A program made the position numbers and the translations under genes. Below are positions 24,825-38,351 of a stretch of 42,868 nucleotides of DNA, one piece after another. The DNA lies in assembly GCA_023231475.1 (NCBI GenBank), contig JALJEE010002498.1, positions 1-42,868 of the forward strand, written 5' to 3'. Source of the DNA: Seison nebaliae (Eukaryota). Within the stretch, counting starts at the first letter, position 1, and the number at the start of each line of letters is the position of its first letter. The notes under the pieces were generated by a model. It saw only the letters and a program-made list of their open reading frames with translations, was not told where the DNA came from and did no database searches.

Positions 24825-27486
24825 ATGGTGATGTCGAATGTTGATTGACATGGTCAATGTTGCTACGAAAGAATGAGAGAAATCGTATTACTCATGTTTA
24901 TTCATAATCGGCAAATTTGCAAGAACTTTCTTTAATAAAATCGAACTTTTCTTATTATATTTGTTCTATTGGAACAATAATTGAAGTTGTAAGAAATAGT
25001 GGAAATTAATCGATATCATCAGTTGAAAGAAGGCTATGTGGACAGTCATCTCTGCCACAATGGTTGATACAATAGTGATTCTCTTATCAATAGGTCTTTA
25101 CGAAAATCTTTTTAAAGAAATTTTAGTGAAATAGAAATATTCGGTAGTTTCACTGAACGATTTTGTTATTTCACCAAATAAACCGTCAACGTTTGATAAT
25201 ATTTTCATTATCTATTGTTTATTCAAGAAATTTTCATCTTGAAATTATCACCATGAATTGTATTGATAAAATAATGTTTCAATCGATTAAAAGGACGATA
25301 AATAAATTTCTATCTAATTTTTACCAATTTATTTCGACAATCGATTTTAAAGGAATTAATGTTTTATAAGGGACTCATATTTGATATATAATTATTCATA
25401 TGGACAATGGTGCTATTATTGATAAAGAAGGACGTTCTCCAATAACTCCGATTTTGATGTGACAATGAATTAATTAAATAGATAATAAACTTTCATGTAT
25501 ATCGTCGTCGTCGTCGGTGAAGTATCGTTCAAACATTGTTATCGATTATGTATTAAAATATTTTTGTAAAATATTATCTATCCACTTGAAGAGTAAATAT
25601 AATATAATATGAACCACTCTACAATTTTCACTGAGCAATTCCTTCAAGAACATTCGTTGTCTATGGAATTTTAGTTGAACGCAGTTTATCAATTATTCAT
25701 TTATTGTTACCCGAATGAAAACGAAAGAATTATTTCACGGGATATTTTATTTATGTGAAAGATTCCTTTCTTTATCATTGTTACTGTGCGGAATTTATTC
25801 GAGTTATAAACGATATTATCAGCAGAAGAGTAAAAGAAGAATTTTTAAGAGAAATAAAAAGTGATGTTTTTCTACACCATCTTTATGTGACGATTATTGT
25901 TCTCGTTAAAAGCATTGTTTCACATTATCATATTCAAATTGTATTATCATCATTTATTCTATTTATATTCTTTTCCTTTGATGTACTATGTATTTTTGTT
26001 TCATTGAACAATTTGCGTATCTATTCATATTATCACTAAGAGTTTATCATCGATATGCTTTCTTTTAGGAAAATAGTCTAATATCGTCAATGTTAGTTAT
26101 CGTCGATAATTATGGGTTAGTTTCGTACTTTGATGCGAATTCCTTATGTCCGCCCGTCTCTCATATATATATCTGTTCCAATTAATTTACACAAAAATGA
26201 AATTTGTATTTTTCATCATAATTTCAACAAAAGAACAACAAGAAGCCTCTAAACAATTCTTTTGGGTTTTCCAAGTATCGTGAAAGAAAACCGCAAAGCA
26301 TCCTCAAAATTGAATTTATTGATGAAGGAATTCTCTATTCTCATCAACAATAAAAGGAAAATAATTCTGTGAAATAAATGTAGAGTTGTTAGAAAAAATT
26401 TGGAAGAGATTTACCGATATCGCAGGAGTGGAATAGTAATAGTGGAAGCAATCGGATTTTCCAAACGACGGGTAAACAATAGTCGGCGAGTACAAATTCG
26501 AACAAGTAGAAAAGGACAAAACTGTTTGAGTAAAAGGATTGACCCATTTCATTCTGTTCTAATTATAATCGTTTACAATTACTTATGTTATTCTGTTGCC
26601 GACTACATCAATACGATTCCACACTTTCATTTATGTCAAGATTAGAAAATTGGTTATTGGTAATATAGTTCATTGTTACTTAAGTTCAAATGTATCTAAC
26701 GTATTTCAAGTTGTGAATCAGGTTCGAGGAGGAAGGATGAAGAAAATTAGAAGGTAAAATAATAAAAACCTTTTGACGTTTATTATCTGTATCTTCCGTT
26801 TATTTTAATCATTAGCTATGATTTTTATTCATGTAATAAGATAAATGGATGGGAATGATGAATGAACAATGAAAGATTATCCGTCGTTTTTAATTTATAT
26901 CCTGTTGTCTAAACGGAGTTAAATGAGTGAGACTTCAATCAGTATTTTTACCGATTACTTTATAAGGATTTGAATAATAAATATTTTAAGGAATCAATTC
27001 GATTCGAATCAATTCCTCTTTTTTTCTGTCAATACAAATAGTTATAATGTTGGTACATGAATAATAATTTCAGAATATTATTCACCATATTCCTTCCCCC
27101 TCCCCTCCCAAACTCATTTCCGTCAGAGTTGTCTTCTTTTCTTTCTTAATGATTTAGTTGTATTCACATGAATTCGATGTCAAATGATTTCTGACGATTG
27201 TTCGCCTTTTCTCATTCATCATTCTTAATAGATATCGAGCAATATATGCTGTGAATGTATTTATATCTCTTCATCCGGCTCTTCTCCGTCGAGTACGTTA
27301 ATTTTAATCATTCATTATAGAATTATCAATATTGTGTAAGAAAATATTTGGCGGGAATTGACCACTCTCTTTATTTGCTCTCCATTTTTAATTGACATTC
27401 ATTCTTTCATTCTTCCAATTGTTTCATATTATTAATTTTTTCTGATTGTTCTATTGATTTCTCGAAATTGCTTCTCATCAACATAG

Positions 27487-30400
27487 ATGCCACAATTGAT
27501 CACAACAAAATGACAACAAATAAATCAAGTGAAGATATTAATGAGGACGATAGTCTTTCCGACGGAATTGATATTACTATACCACGTTTCGGAAATTCTA
27601 ATGTTTTCACTGAATCAGAAGACGAAATTATTGAAATTCATTCAACTGTAGATAAATTAAAAAATGAGTTGAAGAATGATGAAGCAGTTAATGGGAAGGA
27701 GAAAACTGAGAAATTCTCAAATTCTTTATCGGAATCCATTGATTCGTTGAATACAATAAAACCCACAATTATCGTTCATGCACCATCGACTGATTTAGAT
27801 GATGGAATTAATTCTAATGTTGAGAAATTGTTCGACGAACTATTTCCAACTGTTACTACAACACCGACAACTTTATCTTCTTCTAATGGAAGCAAATTCA
27901 CGGATTCCGATTTATTCATATCAAAATCATCATTGTTCGATGAAGAAGTCAATGACGGAATCGAAGAGGATTCCATCGATATTAACATAACCACCCTTCA
28001 ATCGAGCATCAGTAGTGATCGTCAAAAATTGTATGAAATTAAAGATGATACAGATTCGATGAAAGCGGAACTAGATTCAATGATGATCAAATCGAACGAC
28101 GAGAAAACGGAAAACGGAATTGATTTAACAAAAATTGAAGATATTAAAAAATTGTCTTTCCGTTCCAATTCCTCATCATCATTTTCAACCACATCATCAA
28201 TGTCTACTACTTCGTCCGATCGCGATAAGCATTCGATTGATGATATTGAATTCGAAAGAATTATTAATCGAGAACGTTTATCCTCCAACTTTCCCAATGG
28301 AAATAATTCGAATGAAATCATCCCAACAGAAAGTTTCGAAGTCGACGGTTATACCATTTCAATGAGAGGATCAAATAATTTTCTTGATTTTGACGATGAT
28401 AACGACGATAACGTTAAAAGTAATAGTAGACATTTCGCGCAAAATATTATTGATAAAAGTGTGGAAGAATTGGCGAAACATGCATCATATCCAACTTTCT
28501 CCGAATATGAATTAAACGCCATTAAAAAACAAACTGTACTAAACGACGAATCGATGACGGAAGTATCGGACGTCTATAATTCATCATCGACAAATACGTC
28601 ATTTGCTCAAATCGATTCACCAAAACAAACGTTATTCGATGAACAAGAATTGCGAAAAGATGAAAATGAAACGGATTATTCAGTGGAAGATAGAAAATTG
28701 AATGAATCTTCTCTATCTTCTTCTATCAATAGTAGTTTTACAGAATTGGATCTCAAATCGTCACATATGGAAAATGCAGATTATAATTTAAAATCCAAAG
28801 ATAACGATAGTTGGTTAATGAATGTTTCATTGAAAGATTTAGATGATGGAACTGAAACGATCACTGGAAAATCATTGAAAATCAATAAAGATGAATTGGA
28901 TGAGAATTGGCTTCAAGGAATGTTTGATGAACATTCTTTGGAGGAGAAGAAAGAAAATGAAAAAATTAATTCATTCGAAAACTTTTCAATTGATTCGAAT
29001 AATAATGAAATTATTATTCATAAAAATGAATTGGATAACTTGTCAATTAGGTCAGATAATTCAAATGATGTTGTAATAAATGGAGAAGAAGAAAATGAGA
29101 ATCTTTTAGACATCGCTCAATTCCATCAAATGATTAATAGTGATCTGTTTGATGAAGATGACGAAGTGATCGAGACTCATATCAGAAAATCATTATCATT
29201 CCAATTAATGAATTCCAACGATAAAATGAACGAGAAGAGTGAACGACAAAGTGAATCATATTGGATACCGTTTGATGAAACGAATGAAGAAAACGATAAA
29301 GAAAGAAAACATGTAAAATTTAATTTGGAAAAGAATATTTCAATTGACAGTATCAATTATAGTGATAATGATGATAATGAGAATGAACAAAAGTTTGATA
29401 GGAACAATAGTATGAAAGATGAAATTGAAATAAACGATTTGGATCGAACACTATTCATCGACATCAAACATGGTGATCCATTTAATGAAAATGAAGAATT
29501 TGTCAGTATTGAAAATGATTTACATAAAGTCTCCAATTTAGACAGTTCGCCAATAACTAATTGGTACGATAATTCGGACGCTACTGATAACGATCAATCA
29601 TCAAAATCTGAACCAGACCATAATGAGATCGATGAGTTTGATGACGAAAAACAAAATATTGTGAAAAATGATAATTTTTCTTTTGGTAATTCGAAAGTTT
29701 ATGAATTCGATTTGAACATGAATAAACACGACAACAATTCAAGAGAACCACCTCTTGAATTCATGGGAAGTTCGGACGAATCTGATGAGGAATCGGAAGT
29801 AATTTCAACATCATCCGATGCCACTTCATCTTCCTCTTTTCACAGCGATTCCAATGAAGATGCTGAGAGTGAGGATGATGAAGAAAAAATTGATAAATCT
29901 GATAATTTGGCAAATAATTTTTTCACAAAATATTCGAATGGCACCGAAATAACGAGGGAATTATCTGCTACAGATCGAGAATTTTCATTCGATCAAATGA
30001 TGAATGATGATGATAATAGTCAAAACTTTTTCGACAAAAAAATCAACGTTTCTTTAATTGATGACGAAAAAATAATTGAGAAAGAAAAATCGAATGAGAA
30101 TCCAATGGAAAATATTATAAATCTCATTCAACGTCCAATTATTAAAATTGAAGTAGAGGAAGATAAAGATACTTCGGATAATGATGATTCGTTAAGCAAA
30201 GAAGATAAACAAGTTGAATACAAAAATGAAGGAGATAAAGTTGAAGAAGATAAAGATGATGAAGAAAAGAAAGAGATAGTAGAGAGTCAGTTTGATATTG
30301 AACCAACAAATTTCCAATCAAATTTGTGGAATATAAATAACATGGTTAATAATGAGACAATTGATGAATTCAAAAAGGAAAATACTTCGATATTACAGGA

Positions 30401-33400
30401 AGTGGAAGAAGAAAAAATTCCAACTGTTAACGATAAATTCAATGATGATAATATTAATGAGCAATTATTAATGGAAGAAAATAGAGAAAAGAAATCAAGT
30501 ATTAGTGATTTATTAGATTTTGTGGAAACTCCTTTTGTCAAATTCAATTTATTCAATGACGATGAAGAATCTCAGATAAAAACGATAAAGTTTGAAAAAG
30601 AGGAATCTGACGATGAAATATTTAAAACAAATATAAAATCAACTGAAAGTATTGAAGAAATGTTCAAAGTTACACCAAATGAGAATAAATTATATAATGT
30701 TCATCAAATAGATAACATTAAATTGTCCAAAGAGGATTTGACCGAATCTAAAGAAGAATTAGCTAAATCAATTGTTGATACGGCGAAGGCAACGGTTAAT
30801 TCGATAGAAGAACACATCAGTGATTCTTGGAGAGATATTGAAGAGAAATTTTCAATTTCGAATAATTTCAAACTCAAAGATGATTTGATTGATATTATCG
30901 ATGATCAATCAATAGTCGTTAATAATACGAAACACCACATGAAAATTAATGGAGATATCGAAAATGACTCTGAACTTAATTCCGAGAATGGTGACTTATT
31001 TCATTCAAATGAAAATAAAGAAATTGTTGACTCTAATCATGATTTGTATCGGAATGAATCAGAAGATATTCCAAATAATGAAGAATCAAATAAAGGAGAT
31101 TCCAATTCCATATGGTCGACAATGGGATTAAATTTTTTGAAAACTGATAAACCGGAAATGGATGAACATGTTACATTTCCTGTTAATTCAAATGATATGA
31201 ATGAAGAACAAAATGACGAAGTTGTAGAGAAATTTCCAATTTCAGATACTTCTAAACTCAAAGATGATTTGATTGATATTATCGATGATCAATCAATAAT
31301 CTTCAATAATAATGAACATGGCATGAAAACTAATAGAGAGAAAGAAAATGAAGAACAATATGATTCTGAAGTTAATTCCGAGAATGATGACTTATTTCAT
31401 TCAAATGGGAAAAAAGAAACTTTTGAATCTTATCATGTTTCTGATTGGAATAAATCAGAAGATATTCCAAATAATGAAGAATCAAATAAAGGAGATTCGA
31501 ATTCCATATGGTCGACAATGGGATTAAATTTTTTGAAAACTGATAAACCGGAAATGGATGAACATGTTACATTTCCTGTTAATTCACATGAGATGAATGA
31601 AGAGCAAAATGACGAAATTCCGGAGAAGAATGATGAAGGGGAAAATAAAAGTTTATTCTCTTCAATCGATTTCACTCCAATCGTCAATTTAGTGGAAGAA
31701 CCATTAGTTAAAATTCAAGTGGCAGAAAAATCTTCCTCAACCTCCGATGATGGAGAAGATGAAGAAAAAGGAGATTTGCATGAATTAAACACTTCAAAAA
31801 ATGTGTTAAATGAAATGGAAGATGACGTAGTAGAAAAGGAAGATGATGCAGTGGAGAAAGAGCCAATATTGGAGAAGGAAGTTGGTGAGAAGCCGAGCAT
31901 AATTGAAATTGAAAAAATTGAATCAACTGACAAAGATGAAAATATTTCAACTGCTACCTCATTATTTAAACGTCTTTCCTCACCAATTCTTTCATTGAAA
32001 TTAAATATTTTTTCATCGGAATCTAAAGAGAAAGACGTTACAGACGATGAAGATATGAACGAATTGACTAATACGCAAGTAACGGATGATACAAACCGAA
32101 GAGAGAATGAAACAGAAACAATGAATGAGATGACGAATATGATTGATACTAATTCAAATACAATTCTCGAAAATAACAAAAGAAATGATTTAATGGATCT
32201 TCTTGAGAAGAAGATTGGTTTTCCTAAACATAATGAGAATTATAGTTCTTCCGAGAATATCTCTCCTATGGAACCAACAGATATTCATAATGAAACAAAT
32301 GAAAATTATCTGGTATTTGGTGATATCCATTATTCATCTGAATATGTGAACAAAGATATTGACGAACAAGATAAAAATGTAATCCCAATTTGGAACGGAA
32401 ACGATATTGATAAAGAATTGCATTTAATACACGGATCACATAATATGATTGATGAAAATCAAATTTTGGATCACGAAACTCCAAAAGAAGAAGAATTATT
32501 AAATGTGGAAGAACAGAAAAATTTAATGAACGAAATGATTCAAATTGTTGATGAAAATTCGAATAAGATTGTCGAAAACGAAATTGTTGAAAAACGAAAT
32601 TTACTATTTAAGAATGATAGTTCTCATTATCTTTTCAATAACCAACGTTCAATTATTGAAATTAATGATGATTGGAACAAAGACAAGACCATTGAAGAGT
32701 TCATAAATATTGACACGAATAATAATGATAATAGTCATGGAAATGAGAACGAAAGCCGAGGTGATAATGAAGAAGATGATGATGATGAAATACAAATTCC
32801 TCAATGGTATTTAGATGCAATGTCCAGTACGATAATAAGACAACCTGCAATGTTTGTATCACAAAATAATCGATCAACAGACGATAATATGAAAGTCGTA
32901 GAAATTACAGACGATGATGAATGGGAATCATTAAAGAAAGAGGTCGGTCGTAGAAGCAACTCAGAAACGAGGAGTAGTGAAACTGAAAAATGTAATGAAG
33001 AAATTGAGAATCAGAAGAATGATTCAGTTTTCGATGAAATGGAATACGAACGACCAAAATCAATGTTAATGAGTAGTAATGAAGATAAAATAAATTTTGA
33101 AAATTTTCAAGTTTTCAATGATCGAATGTATGATGACATAACTAACGAAACGGATGATGATGACTTGAAAGAATCAACAGCTTCATTAGATACAGTAATT
33201 GATGAACGAAATAAACGTAAATCAATCGACGAGATAACCAATAAAAATAAAAGTTGGAAGAGTTCGTTCGAGGAGTATATGGGAAATATGACCACAAATT
33301 CTGATGAATTGAATGACAGTCAAATGATTAAAGAACCGATGATCGATATCGAAGATTCCTCTCAGCATGATAATGAAACGATGAGTCCTTCAAACTCGAC

Positions 33401-36400
33401 AGTAACTGATGATGCCAAATCATTAACTCATTTCACTTTATCACCTCAACAACCATCAAATATCATTATTAGAGATAAACAAACGGAACATGAAAAAATA
33501 GAAGAAGAAGAAACGAAACCAGAAAATGAGAATAATATGGAAAATGAACGAAAATTATCAGAATATTCGAATATAATTAATTCACTGGATGGAACGGAAA
33601 CCGACGATAATAAATTTAGTTACAATACGTCAACAGACACATCAGACGATGCAATTGTGATAGAACTAAATGCAAAAGATAAAACAATAAATGAGGATAA
33701 ATCATCAGATATTCTTGATCGTTCTCATCGTTGGGATGTTTCAAACGACGAGAAATTAATGAAAGAGGATGACATAATATTGACTAGTCCTGATAAGTTA
33801 GTAAAAGAATCGGAATATGATGCTGATAATTCGGATAATCATGATGATGATGATGATAATGAAAATTTAAATTACTCGAATTTATTTATAAAGAAATCGA
33901 TTGAATTAAAAGAAGAAATGAATCCATTCTTCTCACCAATTGACGACAATGAGATTGAAGTGAAGAAAAAGAATGAAAATCATCAAATTAACATTATTCA
34001 TATAAAATCGCGGGATAAATTTTCAACAGATACTTCGTCCATCGTCAACTTAACAGATGAAAGTGATAATAGTGATTTAATTGTCAAGTCATATGAATTA
34101 CAGAATGTGGACTCATATTCACAAACACCAAAAATTCCTGCGATATCTCCGAAAGATTTATGGGATGAATTAATGGAAAATAAGAAAACATTATTCTTAT
34201 CGAACGATAAAGACATGAACGACGATTTAGATAAACCTGATGAACCGTCGAATGAACATGTTATTCATTCAATGCAGTTATCTCCTGAAATTCAAATGGA
34301 TATTCGTGAAGAAATGGACGACAACCATTTCGAAGGAATGATCACTTTTTCTGACACTGATGAAAGTTCTTATTCGAATATTGAGAATGAAGAAGGAGAA
34401 GATGATAAAGATGGAAAAGATAATTCATCAGTAATCGATATGGAATTAGAAATGGTATCTGACAAAAAGGAAAGATCAGATGAAGAAAATGAAGATGAAG
34501 AACATAAAATGGGAACATCTAATCCCATTTCAATGTTAACTACGGTTTCCTCTAATTTCCATAATATGGATCATCATCTGACTTCATATCATTCAACACA
34601 AATCGATAAAACGAATGACATCACATTTCCTAACAAACATATTGAACCAACAATTTCAACAACTACTATATCGTTCAATGATAATAACAATTTCACGACA
34701 GATATTTCTTCGATTAAATTGAATGAAAATGTTTCATTGGCACTGTCAAATCATGAATCGGTGACATCTACTGTAACCGTTTCTACTAAGAACCATCCAT
34801 CATTAACCACAACAAGTCATTCGAATGTTGTTCCATGGTTGGAAAATATTTTATCAGAAAGTAAACCACATCAAATTGAAAATTATGACGTCGTTATATC
34901 TTCTCCGATGACAGCAACATCGAGAAACGATATAGAAAATTTGGAGGATGTGGAAATTCGTAAATCAATCACAAATATTTATAATTTAGGAAATAATAAA
35001 TCCTATTTTTCTACTGCTTCACCATCTGGTTCTCTGATAGATAATGGAGATTCATCAAACAATGAATTCTTATTAGAAGATGATAATGAATTTATAAGAA
35101 TGGAAGAAAAAGCTAAACATGATGATACGAGACCGATTTACGCTAAAATTCCAGAGAACAATATTTATGATGTTCCTTTATCGTTGAACAAAATGGGAAG
35201 TAATTCGTCAACATTTAATACGTCTCAGAAAGATATCGAGAACCATTACGAATATTTAGAACCCGAAAAATTATTGATCACTTCGACAATTTCATCGATT
35301 TCTACTACTGTTTCTTTATCACTACCAATAACCATCTCAACATATCGTAGTAGAATTACGAATGATAAGAATTTAATATCAACAAATTCTTTACCAAATC
35401 GTTACTCCTATCAATCAGTTAGGAGAAATATCAATAGTAACGACAAGTCGAATGAATTATATACGGATAATTATTTTAATAATACGCCAGAACGTTTACT
35501 ATGTCTCGATAATGAAACGATGGATTATAATAAAATTCGTAATACAAATTCAATGAACGTTAATCAGAATGAGAGAATTATACAACCTTTAAAATCAGAA
35601 TCATTCAATACTTTCGACACGTCTTCTTATGGTACAACAAATTATAAGATAGAGAATAATAAGAATCCGTCACACCAATCTAACAACAGAAATGAAGATG
35701 AAGACAATGATTGGAGAACTTCGAATTTATTGTTATCAGTTGACGGATTACTAGGCGGTCCGATGACAGCTCCAGGATGGTGTTCTCCCACTGTTAATGG
35801 AGAAACGTTGCATGAAGTGATTAGCGACGTAAAAAAGCATTTATCAAAACCATCAAGATTTGACCATTCCATTGACGATATACGTTCATTGGATCGTCGT
35901 CATCAACAAATCAAAAACATTTCAACATTAATACCGTATTCCTATCATTCTTCTAATACTCTTCCGTCACGATACCAATCGGGAATGAAATCAAATAATC
36001 GCCAAACGATCGAAAAGAAAACAATTTATAAGAGTAATGAATTGTTAACTAATGATTGCAGCGATTCGTCAAGTGATCAATCTGATCACAATAATAATTC
36101 ATCAAAACATTTTTATCTGTCTCTCAATGATGAGAACACTAGAAATGATCGTTACAATACTTCAAATTCTCACAATTATTATAATACGACTGACAGTAAT
36201 AACAGCGATTATCATAAATATTATTCAATCAATAGTAAATATAATTATCAGAAAAGTTTTGGAAATTCTCAAAACACTATTCGAAACAATGAACGGAAAT
36301 ATTTGAATAAACCATATTCAGGTAATAAATCGTTGGATAAGTTGAGTAATGCAAAGCAAACTCAAATGAAAGAAATTATTTTAGGGAAATCAGTAGGGAA

Positions 36401-37894
36401 TCTTTATTGGAAAGGTTCAATTCCGAGACGAACTGTTTTCCGTACTTTGTCTAACAACACCGCTATCTATGAAACGACTGATGATAATATCACAAATAAA
36501 ATATCTGAAAGATTGGATACGAATAAGATTATTCATTTATTAGATGGAGCATGTAAATCGTCGTCTTTGAAAGGAAGAACGAGAATTGCCAATAAAGTTC
36601 TCAAACGAAAATTTACAAAAACCATTTCAGCAGTCGTATATGCGAACGGAATCAATTCATTGTGGATTGATTCCCGTTACTCTGCCAATTCTACTAACGA
36701 ATATGCTTTCTATCCACTTGAGTACTCCGGTGCTTTTCTTGGAGAAGCTGAACAAGTAAGTATTGACATACCGAGCGAAGCATCAAACCCAGGAAGTGTA
36801 ATGATCGAACGGATATTTATTCATTGTCCTAAACGTTACGAAAGACCAAATTTGTTAGTAGACGTTAAAAATATTGATAAGAGTTTTAAGATGAACAATT
36901 CATATCAAAATAATTCGATGAATTCAAATCATAATTCTCTTACCAATTATTTACATTATTCAAATGTTGATTCACTCAGATCAAAAGGTAGTAGTAGTTT
37001 TACACCATCAACTTTTGATAATACAAGTGATAATGATATGTCTTATGATCACAAAACACTTACGAATGGTAGTTTGGATTCCGGAGTATTGTTACGTCAA
37101 TCCAAACCATCCAAATTTACTAGTCATTGGAGTTCATCCTCTGGTGATGAGTTGCTGACGGATTCGGGAGGAAATCATAGCTTAACCAGCAGTGGAGTTA
37201 GTTCTAACCGGAATCGAAAGGATACTAAAAAAAGCAAATGGATGAGCCGAAATTATTATTCTGAGAGTGAAGGTGATAAACGATTTAAACCGTTACCACA
37301 ATTGAGATTGCCTCAAAGTCTCTATGAAGAATATGAACGACATGAATCATCGAGCGAATGGTCATCATCCGATTTTAGTCCAGAACAAGATAAAGCATTC
37401 AGATCAGCATATTCCTTATCACCATACACAACAACTTCAATGGTTTAAAATTATTCTTATAAGAGTTTTTCTATTTATCCATTTTCCGTTTATAGCTTCA
37501 AAAGAACCATATTAATTCAATAAACCGAAAAGATAAATTATCTACTTTTATGAAGAAGTCTATTGAAAAATTTGAGAATTTTCAGAATACAAAAGATTAT
37601 TCTGAAAACCTTAAACTCAGAAAATCGTTCCGTGCCGAAATCCCTTCAAAATTTATTCCCTCAAATAATTGTTCGATTGATCGTTTATCGTCACCAACAA
37701 CCACTTCTTACTCATCTTCAACATCTAAGCAATTGCCACAAGATATTTTATTGCTCAAAACAAAAATAGAAAATGCAAAACAGAATGCTGATCTGCATCA
37801 GAAACACATGAAGGATCGTCAGAGACAAGCAATACGTAACGCCTTCCAAGTTGTTGATAGACGATCACAATATCGAAAAGCTCCGCTTCTTTAA
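27487..37894 (+). CDS. Giant acidic, largely disordered hypothetical protein; exons 27487-37442 (9,956 bp) and 37496-37894
   Basis: 3,326-codon open frame preceded by a pyrimidine tract and CATAG acceptor. A 53-bp GTT..TAG phase-0 intron (37443-37495) joins it in frame to the 37550-37894 ORF, which ends in a predicted helix/coiled coil (LLLKTKIENAKQNADLHQKHMKDRQRQAIRNAF). Confidence 0.88.
30842..31616 (+). repeat. In-frame tandem duplication (2 copies, ~384-396 bp) inside the giant exon
   Basis: KLKDDLIDIIDDQSI...SEDIPNNEESNKGDSNSIWSTMGLNFLKTDKPEMDEHVTFPVNS occurs twice with near nucleotide identity. Offset is 384 bp at the start and 396 bp later. Confidence 0.95.
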
Positions 37895-38351
37895 TTCATT
37901 CGCTAACACTTTTTTTCTTAAACATTCCATAAAACTTCTTTTTATACTTTCCATTGTTCGTTTTCTGTTATTCTAGTTTCATTTTTTCTATCATTTTTCC
38001 TTTTTAAACTTTATTCATTTAATGTTAAATAATTAAATATGTTTATTAATAATTATGTTGTAAATGTTTCTATTTACCAAAACCCTTATCAGAATTATAA
38101 AATACTTATAAAATATTTTTATCAAATATGAGAACTCTTTTCTTATAATCATTGTAGTTTTCTCCATGTTAATCTAATTGCAAGTTGGATTTCTTATAAA
38201 ACCATATATTAATTAAACAATTATTCAATATTACATAATGAGAATATCATAAATCTAAAATAAACGAAATTGATCAATGATAATAGTTCGTCAAAATTTC
38301 GATTTTTAACGAAGAAATATCAAAATTTTTGAAATTTCTTCCAGTATGGGA

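Noticed and set aside
27776..37158. Many short antisense and alternate-frame ORFs over the giant exon (also over 19476-21587 and the USP-like ORF)
   Set aside because: Shadow ORFs produced by biased codon usage in D/E/N/S-rich coding sequence.
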